Assembly: GCF_000195955.2 (NCBI RefSeq)
Contig: NC_000962.3
Location: forward strand, 1,200,001 to 1,232,000
Origin: Mycobacterium tuberculosis H37Rv
GTDB taxonomy: Bacteria > Actinomycetota > Actinomycetes > Mycobacteriales > Mycobacteriaceae
Direction: 5' to 3'
Length of the DNA stretch: 32,000 nt
In this document: one piece after another, positions 16,469-28,684 of the stretch
How positions within the stretch are numbered: position 1 is the first letter of the stretch
Layout: each line of letters opens with the position of its first letter
The notes under the pieces: model-generated
Told to the model about the DNA's origin: nothing
The model's database searches: none
What the model saw: the letters and a program-made list of their open reading frames with translations, nothing else
Program-made: the position numbers and the translations under genes

Positions 16469-19030
16469 ATGTCGTTTGTGATTGCTGCGCCGGAGGCGTT
16501 GGTCGCGGTCGCTTCGGATCTGGCGGGCATTGGGTCGGCGCTGGCGGAGGCCAACGCCGCGGCGTTGGCCCCGACGACGGCGTTGTTGGCCGCGGGTGCC
16601 GATGAGGTGTCGGCGGCGATCGCGGCGCTGTTTGGCGCGCACGGGCAGGCGTATCAGACGGTTAGCGCCCAGGCGTCGGCGTTTCATGCCCAGTTTGTGC
16701 AGGCGTTGACTGGCGGCGGCGGGGCGTATGCGGCTGCCGAGGCCGCCAACGTCTCGGCGGCGCAGAGCACCGACCAGCGGCTGCTCGATCTGATCAATGG
16801 GCCCACCCAGGCGTTGTTGGGGCGTCCACTGATCGGTGATGGCGCCAACGGCGGGCCGGGGCAAGACGGCGGGCCCGGGGGGTTGCTGTACGGCAACGGC
16901 GGCAACGGCGGCACTAGTACCACCGCCGGGGTGGCCGGCGGCAACGGTGGCGCCGCCGGGCTGATCGGCAACGGCGGGGCCGGGGGCGGCGGCGGGGCCG
17001 GCGCGGCCGGCGGCAATGGCGGTGCGGGCGGGTGGCTGTATGGCAACGGCGGCGCCGGCGGGGCCGGTGGGACATCGGTGATACCCGGTGTCGCCGGCGG
17101 CAATGGCGGGGCTGGCGGGTCCGCGGGACTGTGGGGTACCGGCGGGGCCGGTGGCGACGGCGGCAACGGCCGGTCGGGGCCAGTCAACGTCGCCGGCAGC
17201 GCGGGCGGCAACGGTGGCGCTGGTGGCGCCGCCGGGTTATTCGGTGACGCCGGGGCCGGTGGCAACGGCGGCAAGGGCGGTGCTGGCGGCGCCGCCTTTA
17301 GCATTAACTTCACCGCAGGCGATGGCGGTGCGGGAGGTGCCGGTGGGTCCGGCGGCCACGCATTGCTGTGGGGCGCCGGCGGAGCCGGGGGTAACGGCGG
17401 ATCCGGCGGCACGGGGGGTGCCGGCGGCAGCACCGCTGGCGCTGGCGGCAACGGCGGGGCCGGGGGTGGCGGCGGAACCGGTGGGTTGCTCTTCGGCAAC
17501 GGCGGTGCCGGCGGGCACGGCGCCGCCGCCGGAAACGGCTTAGCCGCGGGTAATGGCGTCAGCAGCAGCGGCGGCGGCGGTGCCGGTGGGACCGGCGGGG
17601 CCGGTGGGGACGGTGGCGCCGGCGGGGCCGGAGGCAACGCCAGGCTGTGGGGCGTCGGTGGCGCCGGCGGGGCCGGCGGGGACGGTGGCGCCGGCGGGGC
17701 CGGCGGCAAAGGCGGCTCTGGCCTCAGCGGTAACGCCAACGGCGGGGCCGGCGGCGACAGCGGCCGTGGCGGCACGGGCGGCGCCGGCGGCGAGGGCGGC
17801 GCCGCCGGGCTGCTGGTGGGCACCGGCGGGCACGGCGGTGACGGCGGGGCCGGCGGCGCCGCCGTCAAGGGCGGTGACGGCGGGGCCGCCGCCGGCACGG
17901 GCATCGCCGGCGCTGGCGGCCGTGGCGGCGCGGGCGGCAGCGGTGGCAGCGGTGGTGACGGCGGGGGCGGGGCCGCCGGCCCCGCCGGGTGGCTGTTCGG
18001 CGATGGCGGGGCTGGCGGGAACGGCGGGGCCGCGGCCGCCGGCGGCGCCGGCGGCCAAGCCGGCGGTGGCGGCGGGAACGGCGGCAATGGCGGCAACGGC
18101 GGCAATGGCGGCAATGGCGGCAACGGCGCCACCGGGGGGTGGCTGTACGGCAACGGCGGGGCCGGCGGCCAGGGCGCCACCGCCGGAGCCGGCGGAGCCG
18201 GCGCTAACGGCGTCAGCAGCACCAATGGCGGCGGCACCGGCGGCAACGGGGGGATCGGCGGGACCGGTGGGTCCGGCGGGGCCGGTGGCAACGCCGGGCT
18301 GTTGGGCGTGGGCGGCGCCGGCGGGCACGGCGCCTCCGGCGGCGCCGGCGATAGGGGCGGCGCTGGCGGTACCGGGTTCATAAGCAGTGACGGCGGTGCT
18401 GGCGGTGATGGCGGTGATGGCGGCAACGGCGGGGCCGGCGGCACCGGTGGGCTGTTGTTCGGTGCCGGCGGCAATGGTGGCCCCGGCGGGTCTGGCGGTG
18501 CCGCCGATATTGGCGGCAACGGCGGCGCCGGTAACGGCGGGGGCACCGACGGGAACGGCGGTAATGGCGGGTCCGGCGGCGGCGCCGGCAGCGGCGGTGA
18601 CGGCGGCGGGGCTGGCGGCAACGGTGCGTGGCTGTTCGGCAATGGCGGCGCCGGCGGGGGCGGCGGAAAAGGCGGCAACGGTGCCGGCGGCGGGCTTGGC
18701 GGCGGTTCATTCGGCCTCCCCGGCCTGAACGGCAGCGGCGGCGACGGTGGCGACGGCGGTAACGGTGCCCCCGGCGGGGTGCTGTATGGCAATGGCGGCG
18801 CCGGCGGCCAGGGGTCAAGCGGTGGCATCGGCGGCCCCGGCGCCACCGGCGGTGCCGGCGGCAAAGGCGGTGATGGTGGCGATGCGCAGCTGATCGGCGA
18901 CGGCGGCAATGGGGGCAACGGAGGCGCGGGCGGCACCGGGGGCACCCCGGGGCCCGGCGGACCCGGCGGGTCCGGCGGGCTTGGAGGCCTGCTGTTCGGC
19001 CAAACCGGCACGGCTGGCGTGTCGCCGTAG
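16469..19030 (+). CDS. PE_PGRS22: PE_PGRS family protein, paralog of the upstream PE_PGRS gene
   Basis: [23 protein letters not shown]...[12 protein letters not shown]...[35 protein letters not shown] is near-identical to the first ~160 aa of the 11560 gene. About 690 aa of Gly-rich repeats follow. The C-terminus [12 protein letters not shown]...LLFGQ is shared with the paralog. Confidence 0.93.
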   Translation: MSFVIAAPEALVAVASDLAGIGSALAEANAAALAPTTALLAAGADEVSAAIAALFGAHGQAYQTVSAQASAFHAQFVQALTGGGGAYAAAEAANVSAAQSTDQRLLDLINGPTQALLGRPLIGDGANGGPGQDGGPGGLLYGNGGNGGTSTTAGVAGGNGGAAGLIGNGGAGGGGGAGAAGGNGGAGGWLYGNGGAGGAGGTSVIPGVAGGNGGAGGSAGLWGTGGAGGDGGNGRSGPVNVAGSAGGNGGAGGAAGLFGDAGAGGNGGKGGAGGAAFSINFTAGDGGAGGAGGSGGHALLWGAGGAGGNGGSGGTGGAGGSTAGAGGNGGAGGGGGTGGLLFGNGGAGGHGAAAGNGLAAGNGVSSSGGGGAGGTGGAGGDGGAGGAGGNARLWGVGGAGGAGGDGGAGGAGGKGGSGLSGNANGGAGGDSGRGGTGGAGGEGGAAGLLVGTGGHGGDGGAGGAAVKGGDGGAAAGTGIAGAGGRGGAGGSGGSGGDGGGGAAGPAGWLFGDGGAGGNGGAAAAGGAGGQAGGGGGNGGNGGNGGNGGNGGNGATGGWLYGNGGAGGQGATAGAGGAGANGVSSTNGGGTGGNGGIGGTGGSGGAGGNAGLLGVGGAGGHGASGGAGDRGGAGGTGFISSDGGAGGDGGDGGNGGAGGTGGLLFGAGGNGGPGGSGGAADIGGNGGAGNGGGTDGNGGNGGSGGGAGSGGDGGGAGGNGAWLFGNGGAGGGGGKGGNGAGGGLGGGSFGLPGLNGSGGDGGDGGNGAPGGVLYGNGGAGGQGSSGGIGGPGATGGAGGKGGDGGDAQLIGDGGNGGNGGAGGTGGTPGPGGPGGSGGLGGLLFGQTGTAGVSP
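16860..19020 (+). repeat. PGRS triplet-repeat array inside PE_PGRS22
   Basis: Same GGN-GGC periodic structure as the other array. The antisense strand yields an 814-aa poly-Pro artefact ORF. Confidence 0.9.
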
Positions 19031-19247
19031 CCGGTAGGCTGGCCGCCTCCGCGGCATTGGCGTCGTCGCAAACTTCGCGCACGCCCTGGTGTCGATCGTT
19101 GCCGCTGAATTGGCGCCGATGACCGCAACCGGTATCGCCGCTACGCCGGCCCGAGGCGGGTACACCACGGTTTTCGAGGGATGGCAATATCCGGGAGTGC
19201 GCCGGCTGGCGGCCTAACTCGCCTGCACCCGGCGATTGGACCGCCAA

Positions 19248-20417
<1,170 letters not shown>

Positions 20418-20573
20418 CTACGTGGCAGCTGGGGCACTAGTGGCTGCCGTTTGCGGTGCAGACGTGCAACGGTGGATGGCGTGTGCTGCATTAAGGGTAA
20501 TCAGCCCGGGAGCGGCTCGCTGGATACACTGGCGCCCGTGACTGCTGCACCTGACGCTCGCACTACCGCGGTA

Positions 20574-21854
20574 ATGTCTGCCCCGCTCGCTGAGGTTGAC
20601 CCCGATATCGCCGAGTTGCTGGCCAAGGAGCTTGGTCGGCAACGAGACACCCTGGAGATGATCGCCTCGGAGAACTTCGTACCGCGCGCTGTGCTGCAGG
20701 CCCAGGGCAGTGTGCTGACCAACAAGTACGCCGAGGGACTGCCCGGGCGGCGCTACTACGGCGGTTGTGAGCACGTCGACGTGGTGGAAAACCTCGCCCG
20801 CGACCGAGCCAAGGCGTTGTTCGGTGCCGAATTCGCCAATGTGCAACCGCATTCGGGCGCTCAGGCCAACGCCGCGGTGCTGCATGCGCTGATGTCACCC
20901 GGCGAGCGGCTGTTGGGTCTGGACCTGGCCAACGGTGGTCACCTGACCCATGGCATGCGGCTGAACTTCTCCGGCAAGCTCTACGAGAATGGCTTCTACG
21001 GCGTCGACCCGGCGACACATCTGATCGACATGGATGCGGTGCGGGCCACCGCACTCGAATTCCGCCCGAAGGTGATCATCGCCGGCTGGTCGGCCTACCC
21101 GCGGGTGCTCGACTTCGCGGCGTTCCGGTCGATCGCCGACGAGGTCGGGGCCAAGTTGCTCGTGGACATGGCGCATTTCGCGGGTCTGGTCGCCGCGGGG
21201 TTGCACCCGTCGCCGGTGCCGCACGCGGATGTGGTGTCCACCACCGTGCACAAGACGCTCGGCGGCGGCCGCTCCGGCCTGATCGTCGGTAAGCAGCAGT
21301 ACGCCAAGGCGATCAACTCGGCGGTGTTTCCCGGGCAGCAGGGCGGTCCGCTCATGCACGTCATTGCCGGCAAGGCGGTCGCGTTGAAGATCGCCGCCAC
21401 ACCCGAATTTGCCGACCGGCAGCGGCGCACGCTGTCCGGGGCCCGGATCATTGCCGATCGACTGATGGCTCCCGATGTCGCCAAGGCCGGTGTGTCGGTG
21501 GTCAGCGGCGGCACCGACGTCCACCTGGTGCTGGTCGATCTGCGTGATTCCCCACTGGATGGCCAGGCCGCCGAGGACCTGCTGCACGAGGTCGGCATCA
21601 CGGTCAACCGCAACGCCGTCCCCAATGATCCCCGACCGCCGATGGTGACCTCGGGCCTGCGGATAGGCACGCCCGCGCTGGCGACCCGCGGCTTCGGCGA
21701 CACCGAGTTCACCGAGGTCGCCGACATTATTGCGACCGCGCTGGCGACCGGCAGTTCCGTTGATGTGTCGGCGCTTAAGGATCGGGCGACCCGGCTGGCC
21801 AGGGCGTTTCCGCTCTACGACGGGCTCGAGGAGTGGAGTCTGGTCGGCCGCTGA
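20574..21854 (+). CDS. glyA1: Serine hydroxymethyltransferase
   Basis: ATG 20574 gives 426 aa ([16 protein letters not shown]...). The PLP-lysine motif is [16 protein letters not shown]. Family blocks SENF and YAEG are conserved. Confidence 0.94.
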   Translation: MSAPLAEVDPDIAELLAKELGRQRDTLEMIASENFVPRAVLQAQGSVLTNKYAEGLPGRRYYGGCEHVDVVENLARDRAKALFGAEFANVQPHSGAQANAAVLHALMSPGERLLGLDLANGGHLTHGMRLNFSGKLYENGFYGVDPATHLIDMDAVRATALEFRPKVIIAGWSAYPRVLDFAAFRSIADEVGAKLLVDMAHFAGLVAAGLHPSPVPHADVVSTTVHKTLGGGRSGLIVGKQQYAKAINSAVFPGQQGGPLMHVIAGKAVALKIAATPEFADRQRRTLSGARIIADRLMAPDVAKAGVSVVSGGTDVHLVLVDLRDSPLDGQAAEDLLHEVGITVNRNAVPNDPRPPMVTSGLRIGTPALATRGFGDTEFTEVADIIATALATGSSVDVSALKDRATRLARAFPLYDGLEEWSLVGR

Positions 21855-21958
21855 CGCGGGCCTGTCGTTGGCGCGCATAAGCGCGAGAGCGCCGATCACC
21901 GCGCGACACGGCGGCGCCCGATTTCACGAAATCTGTGTATGCGAGTTACAGTTACCGC

Positions 21959-22786
21959 ATGGCACAGAAACCTGTCGCTGATGCGCTGACCCTTGAGCTC
22001 GAGCCGGTGGTCGAAGCGAACATGACCCGCCACCTCGACACCGAGGACATCTGGTTCGCCCACGACTACGTCCCGTTCGATCAGGGGGAGAACTTCGCAT
22101 TCCTCGGCGGACGCGATTGGGATCCATCCCAGTCGACGCTGCCCAGAACGATCACCGACGCATGCGAGATCCTGCTGATCCTCAAGGACAACCTGGCCGG
22201 TCATCACCGTGAGCTCGTCGAGCACTTCATACTCGAGGATTGGTGGGGCCGCTGGCTCGGCCGGTGGACCGCAGAGGAGCACCTGCACGCCATCGCACTG
22301 CGCGAATACCTGGTGGTGACCCGGGAAGTCGACCCGGTCGCCAACGAGGACGTTCGAGTCCAACACGTGATGAAGGGCTACCGAGCCGAGAAGTACACGC
22401 AGGTCGAGACCCTGGTGTACATGGCGTTCTACGAGCGCTGCGGCGCGGTGTTCTGTCGTAATCTGGCCGCGCAGATCGAAGAGCCCATCCTGGCCGGACT
22501 CATCGACCGCATCGCCCGAGACGAAGTGCGACACGAGGAGTTCTTCGCCAACCTCGTTACGCACTGCCTGGACTACACGCGTGACGAGACGATCGCGGCG
22601 ATCGCCGCCCGTGCCGCCGACCTCGACGTCCTCGGGGCCGACATCGAGGCCTACCGAGACAAGCTGCAGAACGTGGCCGACGCTGGCATTTTCGGCAAGC
22701 CGCAGCTACGGCAGCTGATCTCGGACCGCATCACGGCATGGGGCCTGGCTGGGGAGCCCTCCCTCAAGCAATTCGTCACGGGCTAG
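21959..22786 (+). CDS. desA2: Acyl-ACP desaturase-like di-iron protein
   Basis: ATG 21959 gives 275 aa. Ferritin-like E..H motifs are present (WTAEEHLHA and ARDEVRHEEFF). The fold matches stearoyl-ACP desaturase homologs. Confidence 0.88.
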   Translation: MAQKPVADALTLELEPVVEANMTRHLDTEDIWFAHDYVPFDQGENFAFLGGRDWDPSQSTLPRTITDACEILLILKDNLAGHHRELVEHFILEDWWGRWLGRWTAEEHLHAIALREYLVVTREVDPVANEDVRVQHVMKGYRAEKYTQVETLVYMAFYERCGAVFCRNLAAQIEEPILAGLIDRIARDEVRHEEFFANLVTHCLDYTRDETIAAIAARAADLDVLGADIEAYRDKLQNVADAGIFGKPQLRQLISDRITAWGLAGEPSLKQFVTG

Positions 22787-22844
22787 ACACCCGTCGGCGC
22801 GCCTGCCCTGCGGGGGTACGGCCGGCGGAGTAGCGTCGCACTCG

Positions 22845-23000
22845 ATGGCTAGCGACATGCTCTGCTGCCAGGGCGGCACCTTCCGTCACGACGGCTGTCA
22901 TGACAAGGGCAGGACCGGCCCCGGTCCTGGTGTCGCTGCCCCCGCCGACATGCTCGGGTGGGTCCGCTCGAGCGCCGTTAGCTCGAGGAGCGCTCCGTGA
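22845..23000 (+). CDS. Candidate small ORF (up to 51 aa) whose stop overlaps the phoH2 start (possible phoAT-type partner)
   Basis: Hand translation gives [51 protein letters not shown]. Its TGA at 22998-23000 overlaps the phoH2 GTG (22997-22999) as GTGA. Alternative in-frame ATGs lie at 22857 and 22950. No recognisable fold is apparent, and it is too short for the ORF track. Confidence 0.3.
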
Positions 23001-24298
23001 CCGATACCCGCACGTACGTGCTCGACACCTCTGTGCTGCTGTCCGATCCGTGGGCGTGCAGCCGGTTCGCCGAACACGATGTGGTGGTTCCGTTGGTGGT
23101 GATCAGCGAGCTAGAAGCCAAGCGCCACCACCACGAGCTGGGATGGTTCGCCCGCCAGGCGTTGCGTCTGTTCGACGATCTGCGCCTAGAACACGGGCGG
23201 TTGGATCAGCCGATTCCGGTTGGCACCCAAGGCGGTACGCTGCACGTCGAACTCAATCACACCGACCCGGCGGTGCTGCCCGCAGGCTTTCGCACCGACA
23301 GCAACGACTCGAGGATCTTGAGTTGCGCCGCCAACCTCGCCGCCGAGGGCAAGCGGGTCACGTTGGTCAGCAAGGACATTCCGCTGCGCGTTAAGGCCGC
23401 CGCGGTGGGGCTGGCCGCCGACGAGTACCACGCGCAGGACGTCGTTGTGTCCGGATGGTCGGGGATGCACGAGCTCGAGACCGCTTCCGCGGATATCGAT
23501 GCGTTGTTCGCCGATGGCGAGATCGACCTGGTCGAAGCCCGGGACCTACCGTGTCACACCGGGATTCGGTTGCTGGGCGGCGGTTCCCACGCGCTGGGCC
23601 GGGTCAATGCGCATAAACGTGTTCAGCTGGTGCGAGGTGACCGTGAGGCGTTCGGTCTGCGTGGCCGCTCCGCCGAGCAGCGGGTGGCGCTGGATTTGCT
23701 GCTCGATGAGTCGGTGGGCATCGTGTCGCTGGGCGGCAAAGCCGGCACGGGCAAGTCCGCTTTGGCGTTGTGTGCGGGTCTGGAAGCCGTGCTGGAGCGA
23801 CGCACCCACCGCAAGGTGGTGGTCTTCCGCCCGCTGTACGCGGTCGGCGGCCAGGAGCTGGGCTACCTGCCCGGTAGCGAGAGCGAGAAGATGGGCCCGT
23901 GGGCGCAGGCGGTCTTCGACACCCTCGAGGGGCTGGCCAGCCCGGCGGTGCTCGAGGAAGTGCTGTCCCGTGGCATGCTCGAGGTGCTGCCGCTGACCCA
24001 CATCCGGGGCCGCTCGTTGCATGACTCGTTCGTCATCGTCGACGAGGCACAGTCGCTGGAGCGCAATGTGTTGCTGACCGTGCTGTCCCGGTTGGGGACC
24101 GGTTCCCGGGTGGTGTTGACCCACGACATCGCCCAGCGCGACAACCTGCGGGTCGGCCGCCACGACGGGGTCGCCGCGGTGATCGAGAAGCTCAAAGGTC
24201 ATCCGTTGTTCGCCCACATCACCTTGCTGCGCAGTGAGCGCTCGCCGATCGCCGCGCTGGTCACCGAGATGCTCGAGGAGATCACCGGGCCGCGCTGA
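22997..24298 (+). CDS. phoH2: PhoH2: N-terminal PIN-domain RNase fused to a PhoH-type ATPase/helicase
   Basis: 433-aa ORF. The PIN start is [12 protein letters not shown]...[12 protein letters not shown]. Walker A is [12 protein letters not shown] and the Walker B-like block is FVIVDEAQ. Confidence 0.92.
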
Positions 24299-24307
24299 GT
24301 GCGCCTC

Positions 24308-24371
24308 CCGCGAGCAGACACAGAATCGCACTGCGCCGGCCCGGCGCGTGCGATTCTGTGTCTGCTTGCCG
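24308..24371. terminator. Very long near-perfect hairpin after phoH2; same repeat family as 5236-5303
   Basis: GCGAGCAGACACAGAATCGCACTGCGCCGG (24310-24339) pairs with CCGGCGCGTGCGATTCTGTGTCTGCTTGC (24341-24369). That is about 28 bp with one bulge and one mismatch. It shares the core CCGCGAGCAGAC with the metB/greA element. Confidence 0.65.
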
Positions 24372-24384
24372 GTAGACTTCCTGG

Positions 24385-25260
24385 GTGCCGAAGCGACCCG
24401 ACAACCAGACCTGGCGCTACTGGCGCACGGTTACCGGTGTCGTGGTCGCCGGTGCGGTGCTGGTGGTGGGCGGGCTTAGCGGCCGGGTCACACGGGCGGA
24501 GAACCTGAGCTGTTCGGTCATCAAGTGTGTCGCGTTGACCTTCGACGACGGTCCGGGGCCCTATACCGACCGGCTGCTGCACATCCTGACCGACAACGAC
24601 GCCAAAGCCACCTTCTTCCTGATCGGCAACAAAGTGGCCGCCAACCCCGCCGGCGCCCGGCGCATCGCGGACGCGGGCATGGAGATCGGTAGCCATACCT
24701 GGGAACACCCCAATATGACCACGATTCCGCCCGAGGATATCCCCGGCCAATTCTCCAGGGCCAACGATGTGATCGCCGCGGCGACCGGCCGCACGCCGAC
24801 GTTGTATCGCCCGGCCGGCGGACTGTCCAACGATGCGGTACGCCAGGCCGCGGCCAAGGTTGGGCAAGCCGAAATCCTTTGGGACGTTATACCTTTCGAC
24901 TGGATCAACGACTCCAACACGGCAGCAACCCGGCACATGCTGATGACGCAGATCAAGCCGGGTTCGGTGGTGTTGTTCCACGACACCTACTCCAGCACCG
25001 TCGACGTGGTGTACCAGTTCATCCCGGTGCTCAAAGCCAACGGCTATCGCCTGGTGACCGTCAGCGAGCTGCTCGGGCCGAGGGCGCCAGGAAGCAGTTA
25101 CGGCAGCCGGGAAAACGGTCCACCCGTCAACGAACTGCGTGACATTCCGGCCAGCGAGATCCCGCCGTTGCCCAACACCTCATCGCCCAAGCCGATGCCC
25201 AACTTCCCGATCACCGATATTGCGGGTCAGAATTCGGGCGGGCCAAATAACGGTGCGTAA
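24385..25260 (+). CDS. Secreted/membrane-anchored polysaccharide deacetylase (CE4, NodB homology domain)
   Basis: 291-aa ORF with a GTG start. It has an N-terminal TM/signal segment. CE4 motifs present are ALTFDDGP, HTWEHP and LYRPAGG. Confidence 0.9.
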   Translation: MPKRPDNQTWRYWRTVTGVVVAGAVLVVGGLSGRVTRAENLSCSVIKCVALTFDDGPGPYTDRLLHILTDNDAKATFFLIGNKVAANPAGARRIADAGMEIGSHTWEHPNMTTIPPEDIPGQFSRANDVIAAATGRTPTLYRPAGGLSNDAVRQAAAKVGQAEILWDVIPFDWINDSNTAATRHMLMTQIKPGSVVLFHDTYSSTVDVVYQFIPVLKANGYRLVTVSELLGPRAPGSSYGSRENGPPVNELRDIPASEIPPLPNTSSPKPMPNFPITDIAGQNSGGPNNGA

Positions 25261-25262
25261 CC

Positions 25263-26144
25263 TCAGGACTTGTTGACCTTCAGCGCCTCAATGACCCTCT
25301 CGACGGTGGCGCGCGAGGTTGCATCACCGATGGGGGTGGCGCCCAGGAAGACGGTGACCGGCTTGGTGTCGACCGCGATGATCGTGACCGAATCACCTTT
25401 GACGTTGCGTGAACTGTCGGCGATTGTGATATCGGCGTCTACCCGGGCGGCCCTGACCCCGTCGACGGTGATCGACGACGTCTTGGTCGGGCCCAGGGTG
25501 GGCGACGAGCCTGCGTAGCCGGGGCCGTCGGCCACGCATTGCATCAACTTCGATGCTTGCGCGGCGACGTCCATGGTGGTGACGAAGTTGGTTATCGCAA
25601 CCTCGGCTTGCATCATCCACTGGTCGGCACCGGCCACCTCGTGGCCGACGCCCACCGCGTCGATGAGGTTCGGGTTCTGGTCGTCGGAGAACGCCGACCA
25701 CCCGGGTGCCGCGCTGGTCGGGAACGACAGCTTACCCGCACTGATCGAATCGCCGATGGGCTGCACACCGCCGGACACATTTGGGGTACAACCGGTTGCG
25801 GTTTGCTGGGAAAACGGTTGCGACGTGGGAGCACTCGTCGCCGGAGAGGTTGCCGTGGTCGACTTGTTGTCGCCGCGGAGGCCGATCACCAGGATCACCA
25901 CCAGTAGGATGACACCCAGCACCGCGAGGCCGGCGAGGATCAGCCACGGTGTCTTCGATCCTGGCCCGGGCGGAGGTGGTCCTGGCGGATAGGGCCCCGC
26001 CGGCCAGCCGGGCGGATACTGCTGGGGTGGGTAGGCCGGCGGATAGGAGCCGCCCTGCGGTTGGCCTCCCCAATACGGGTCCTGCCCATACGTATTCGGG
26101 CCGTAGGGGTAGTTGCCGTAGGGGCCAGCGGGAGGAACCGTCAT
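25263..26144 (-). CDS. Pro/Gly-rich single-pass membrane protein
   Basis: 293-aa ORF. The N-terminus is rich in PYG/PPG repeats ([42 protein letters not shown]). One TM helix follows ([23 protein letters not shown]), then an extracellular domain. Its ATG overlaps the fum stop as ATGA. Confidence 0.8.
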   Translation of the reverse strand: MTVPPAGPYGNYPYGPNTYGQDPYWGGQPQGGSYPPAYPPQQYPPGWPAGPYPPGPPPPGPGSKTPWLILAGLAVLGVILLVVILVIGLRGDNKSTTATSPATSAPTSQPFSQQTATGCTPNVSGGVQPIGDSISAGKLSFPTSAAPGWSAFSDDQNPNLIDAVGVGHEVAGADQWMMQAEVAITNFVTTMDVAAQASKLMQCVADGPGYAGSSPTLGPTKTSSITVDGVRAARVDADITIADSSRNVKGDSVTIIAVDTKPVTVFLGATPIGDATSRATVERVIEALKVNKS

Positions 26145-27565
26145 AGCCGATCGCTGTCGAGCTGCTCGGCCTTGGCCATTGCCAGCACGTCCAGACGGCG
26201 GTCCAGATCCTCGATCGACAGCCTGTCGCCGATCAGGCCACGGTCGATCACGGTTTGGCGAATCGTTTTGCGTTCCTTGAGTGCTTGCTTGGCGACGGCG
26301 GCCGCCTCCTCGTAGCCGATGGCCGAATTCAACGGTGTCACGATCGACGGTGAGGACTCGGCCAGCCGCCGCAGGTGCTCGACGTTGGCGGTCAGCCCTG
26401 CTATGCAGCGCTGGGCGAACAGCCGTGACACATTGGTCAGCAGCTTGAAGGACTCGAGGATGTTGCGGGCCATCATCGGGATGTAGACGTTGAGTTCGAA
26501 TGCGCCGTTGGCCCCACCCCAGGCGATGGCGGCGTCGTTTCCGATCACCTGCGCGGCGACCTGCGTAACCGCCTCCGGCAGAACCGGATTCACCTTTCCC
26601 GGCATGATCGAGCTGCCCGGCTGCAGATCTGGCAGTTGGATCTCGGCCAGGCCGGTCAATGGGCCCGATCCCATCCAGCGGATGTCGTTGGCGATCTTGG
26701 TCAGCGATACCGCGATCGTGCGCAGCGCCCCGGACGCCTCCACCAGCCCGTCGCGGGCAGCCTGAGCTTCGAAAGAATTAGCCGCCGTACGCAATTCCGA
26801 CAGACCGGTCTGCGCGACCAGCACCGCGACCACTCTGACGCCGAAGTCGTCGGGAGCGTTGAGGCCGGTACCCACCGCGGTGCCGCCGATCGCCAGCTCG
26901 CCCAGCCTGGGCAGACACGCGCGCACCCGCTCGATGCCGGCCTCGATCTGGCGGGCATATCCGCTGAACTCCTGGCCGAGTGTCACCGGAACGGCGTCCA
27001 TCAGATGCGTTCGGCCCGACTTCACCACCGTGTGCCAATCAAGAGCCTTGGCGGCCAATGCGTCGTGCAGCTGCTGCAGCGCTGGGATGAGATGAGCGAC
27101 CGCGGCCTCGGTGGCCGCGATGTGGGTGGCCGTCGGGAAGGTGTCGTTGGACGACTGCGACATGTTCACGTCGTCGTTGGGATGCAACGTGACCCCGCCC
27201 TTGGCCGCGATGGACGCAATCACCTCGTTGGTGTTCATGTTGGAGCTGGTGCCCGAGCCGGTCTGGAAGACGTCGATGGGAAACTGGTCGTCGTGTTGAC
27301 CGTCGGCGATCTCGGCGGCCGCGGCGATGATGGCGTCGGCTTTCTCCGGCGCCAGCAACCCGAGGTCGGAGTTCACCTGCGCGCAGGCGCCTTTCAGCAG
27401 GCCTAGCGCGCGGATCTGGGTGCGCTCCAACCCGCGGCCGGATATCGGGAAGTTCTCCACCGCGCGCTGGGTTTGCGCGCGCCACAACGCTTTTGCCGGC
27501 ACCCGGACTTCGCCCATGGTGTCGTGCTCGATGCGGTAATTGGCGCTGTCGGCGTCAACGGCCAT
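26141..27565 (-). CDS. fum: Class II fumarate hydratase
   Basis: 474-aa ORF with the class II signature [11 protein letters not shown] and the overall aspartase/fumarase architecture. Confidence 0.95.
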   Translation of the reverse strand: MAVDADSANYRIEHDTMGEVRVPAKALWRAQTQRAVENFPISGRGLERTQIRALGLLKGACAQVNSDLGLLAPEKADAIIAAAAEIADGQHDDQFPIDVFQTGSGTSSNMNTNEVIASIAAKGGVTLHPNDDVNMSQSSNDTFPTATHIAATEAAVAHLIPALQQLHDALAAKALDWHTVVKSGRTHLMDAVPVTLGQEFSGYARQIEAGIERVRACLPRLGELAIGGTAVGTGLNAPDDFGVRVVAVLVAQTGLSELRTAANSFEAQAARDGLVEASGALRTIAVSLTKIANDIRWMGSGPLTGLAEIQLPDLQPGSSIMPGKVNPVLPEAVTQVAAQVIGNDAAIAWGGANGAFELNVYIPMMARNILESFKLLTNVSRLFAQRCIAGLTANVEHLRRLAESSPSIVTPLNSAIGYEEAAAVAKQALKERKTIRQTVIDRGLIGDRLSIEDLDRRLDVLAMAKAEQLDSDRL

Positions 27566-27595
27566 TGATCGGGTTCCTTGTGTGTCGTGGGTGTG

Positions 27596-28684
27596 TTAGG
27601 GCAATGGGTACACGGCGCTGCTGTCGCCGGTGAAGTCGATCGCGGAGTATTCGTTGAGCTTTGAAAGCCGGTGGTAGGCCTCGATCATCCGGACGGTGCC
27701 GGACTTCGAGCGCATCACGATCGAATGGGTGGTGCAGCCGCCGGGGTAGTAACGCACTCCCTTGAGCAGGTCGCCGTCGGTGACCCCAGTGGCGCAGAAG
27801 AAGACGTTTTCCCCGGACACCAGATCTTCGGTGGTCAAGACCTGGTTCAGGTCGTAACCGGCTTCTAGGGCCTTGCGGCGTTCCGCGTCGTCGCGCGGGG
27901 CGAGCTGCGCCTGGATCGCCCCGCCCATGCAGCGGATCGCCGCGGCGGCGATGATTCCCTCCGGGGTGCCGCCGATCCCAGCTAGCAGGTCGGTGCCGGA
28001 GTGCGGTCGGCACGCCGAGATCGCGCCGGCGACGTCGCCATCGGTGATCAGCCGGATCCGGGCCCCGGTGGCGCGGACGTCGTGGATGAGTTGCGCGTGC
28101 CGCGGCCTGTCCAGGATGCACACCGTCATGTCTCGCACCGACAGGTCCTTGACCTTGGCGACCGCTCGGATGTTTTCCGAGATCGGCGCGGTGATATCCA
28201 GCACGTGTGCGGCATCGGGGCCGACGGCGATTTTGTTCATGTAGAACACCGCCGACGGGTCGAACATGGTGCCGCGATCGGCTACCGCCAGCACCGAGAT
28301 GGCGTTGGTCATGCCCTTGCTCATCAGCGTGGTGCCGTCAATGGGGTCGACGGCAAAGTCGCATTCCGGTCCGTCGCCGTTGCCCACTTCTTCGCCGTTG
28401 TAGAGCATTGGTGCGTGGTCCTTTTCGCCTTCGCCGATGACCACCACCCCGCGCATGGAAACCGAGTTGACCAGTTCGCGCATCGCGTCGACCGCCGCGC
28501 CGTCGCCGCCCTCCTTGTCGCCGCGGCCTACCCAGCGGCCCGCGGCCATGGCTCCGGCCTCGGTCACCCGGACCAGCTCCATGGCCAGGTTGCGGTCCGG
28601 GGCTTCCCGGCGCGATGGCCTGGTGTGCGACGGGTCGTGGCTGGCCACCGCGGCCGTCGACGAACCGGATCCCTCAGCTGTCAT
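27596..28684 (-). CDS. glpX: Class II fructose-1,6-bisphosphatase GlpX
   Basis: The GlpX-typical sequence [35 protein letters not shown]...DPIDGTT is present. The start is uncertain: ATG 28684 gives 362 aa, or ATG 28582 (MELVRV) gives 328 aa. The track ORF extends further upstream, to 28843. Confidence 0.9.

Noticed and set aside
15509-16864. A 451-aa minus-strand ORF covering celA2b, the intergenic region and the PE_PGRS22 5' end
   Set aside because: It crosses an intergenic and promoter region, is antisense to two recognisable coding segments, and is Arg-rich and low in complexity.
11950-19020. Possible CRISPR-like or minisatellite interpretation of the highly repetitive blocks
   Set aside because: The periodicity is 3 nt, in codon phase, within long ORFs that have PE N-termini. 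There is no alternation of 25-40-bp repeats with unique spacers and no cas genes. These are PGRS coding repeats.
16684-19128. An 814-aa poly-proline ORF antisense to PE_PGRS22, and analogous ORFs at 11817-12452, 12735-13370, 12769-13770 and 18378-19247
   Set aside because: These are mirror-image or shifted readings of GGC/GGN triplet repeats: GCC/CCG gives Pro/Ala and CGG/CGC gives Arg. They have no independent start context and no domain content.
20440-20573. A ZTP (pfl) or glycine riboswitch upstream of glyA1; CGTGACTG at ~20537 vaguely recalls the ZTP core
   Set aside because: The rest of the consensus is missing: there is no GGGTCGTGACTGGCG-type P1/P2, no ACCGGGCGGA and no downstream CCGCCTGGGC pseudoknot partner. 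The start codon follows too closely. The resemblance is no better than chance by eye.
22900-23394. A 164-aa plus-strand ORF overlapping the phoH2 5' region
   Set aside because: It is out of frame with phoH2, whose PIN motifs are clear, and its composition is Arg/Ala-rich. The only upstream frame with meaningful geometry, the GTGA overlap, is the shorter 22845-23000 ORF reported separately.
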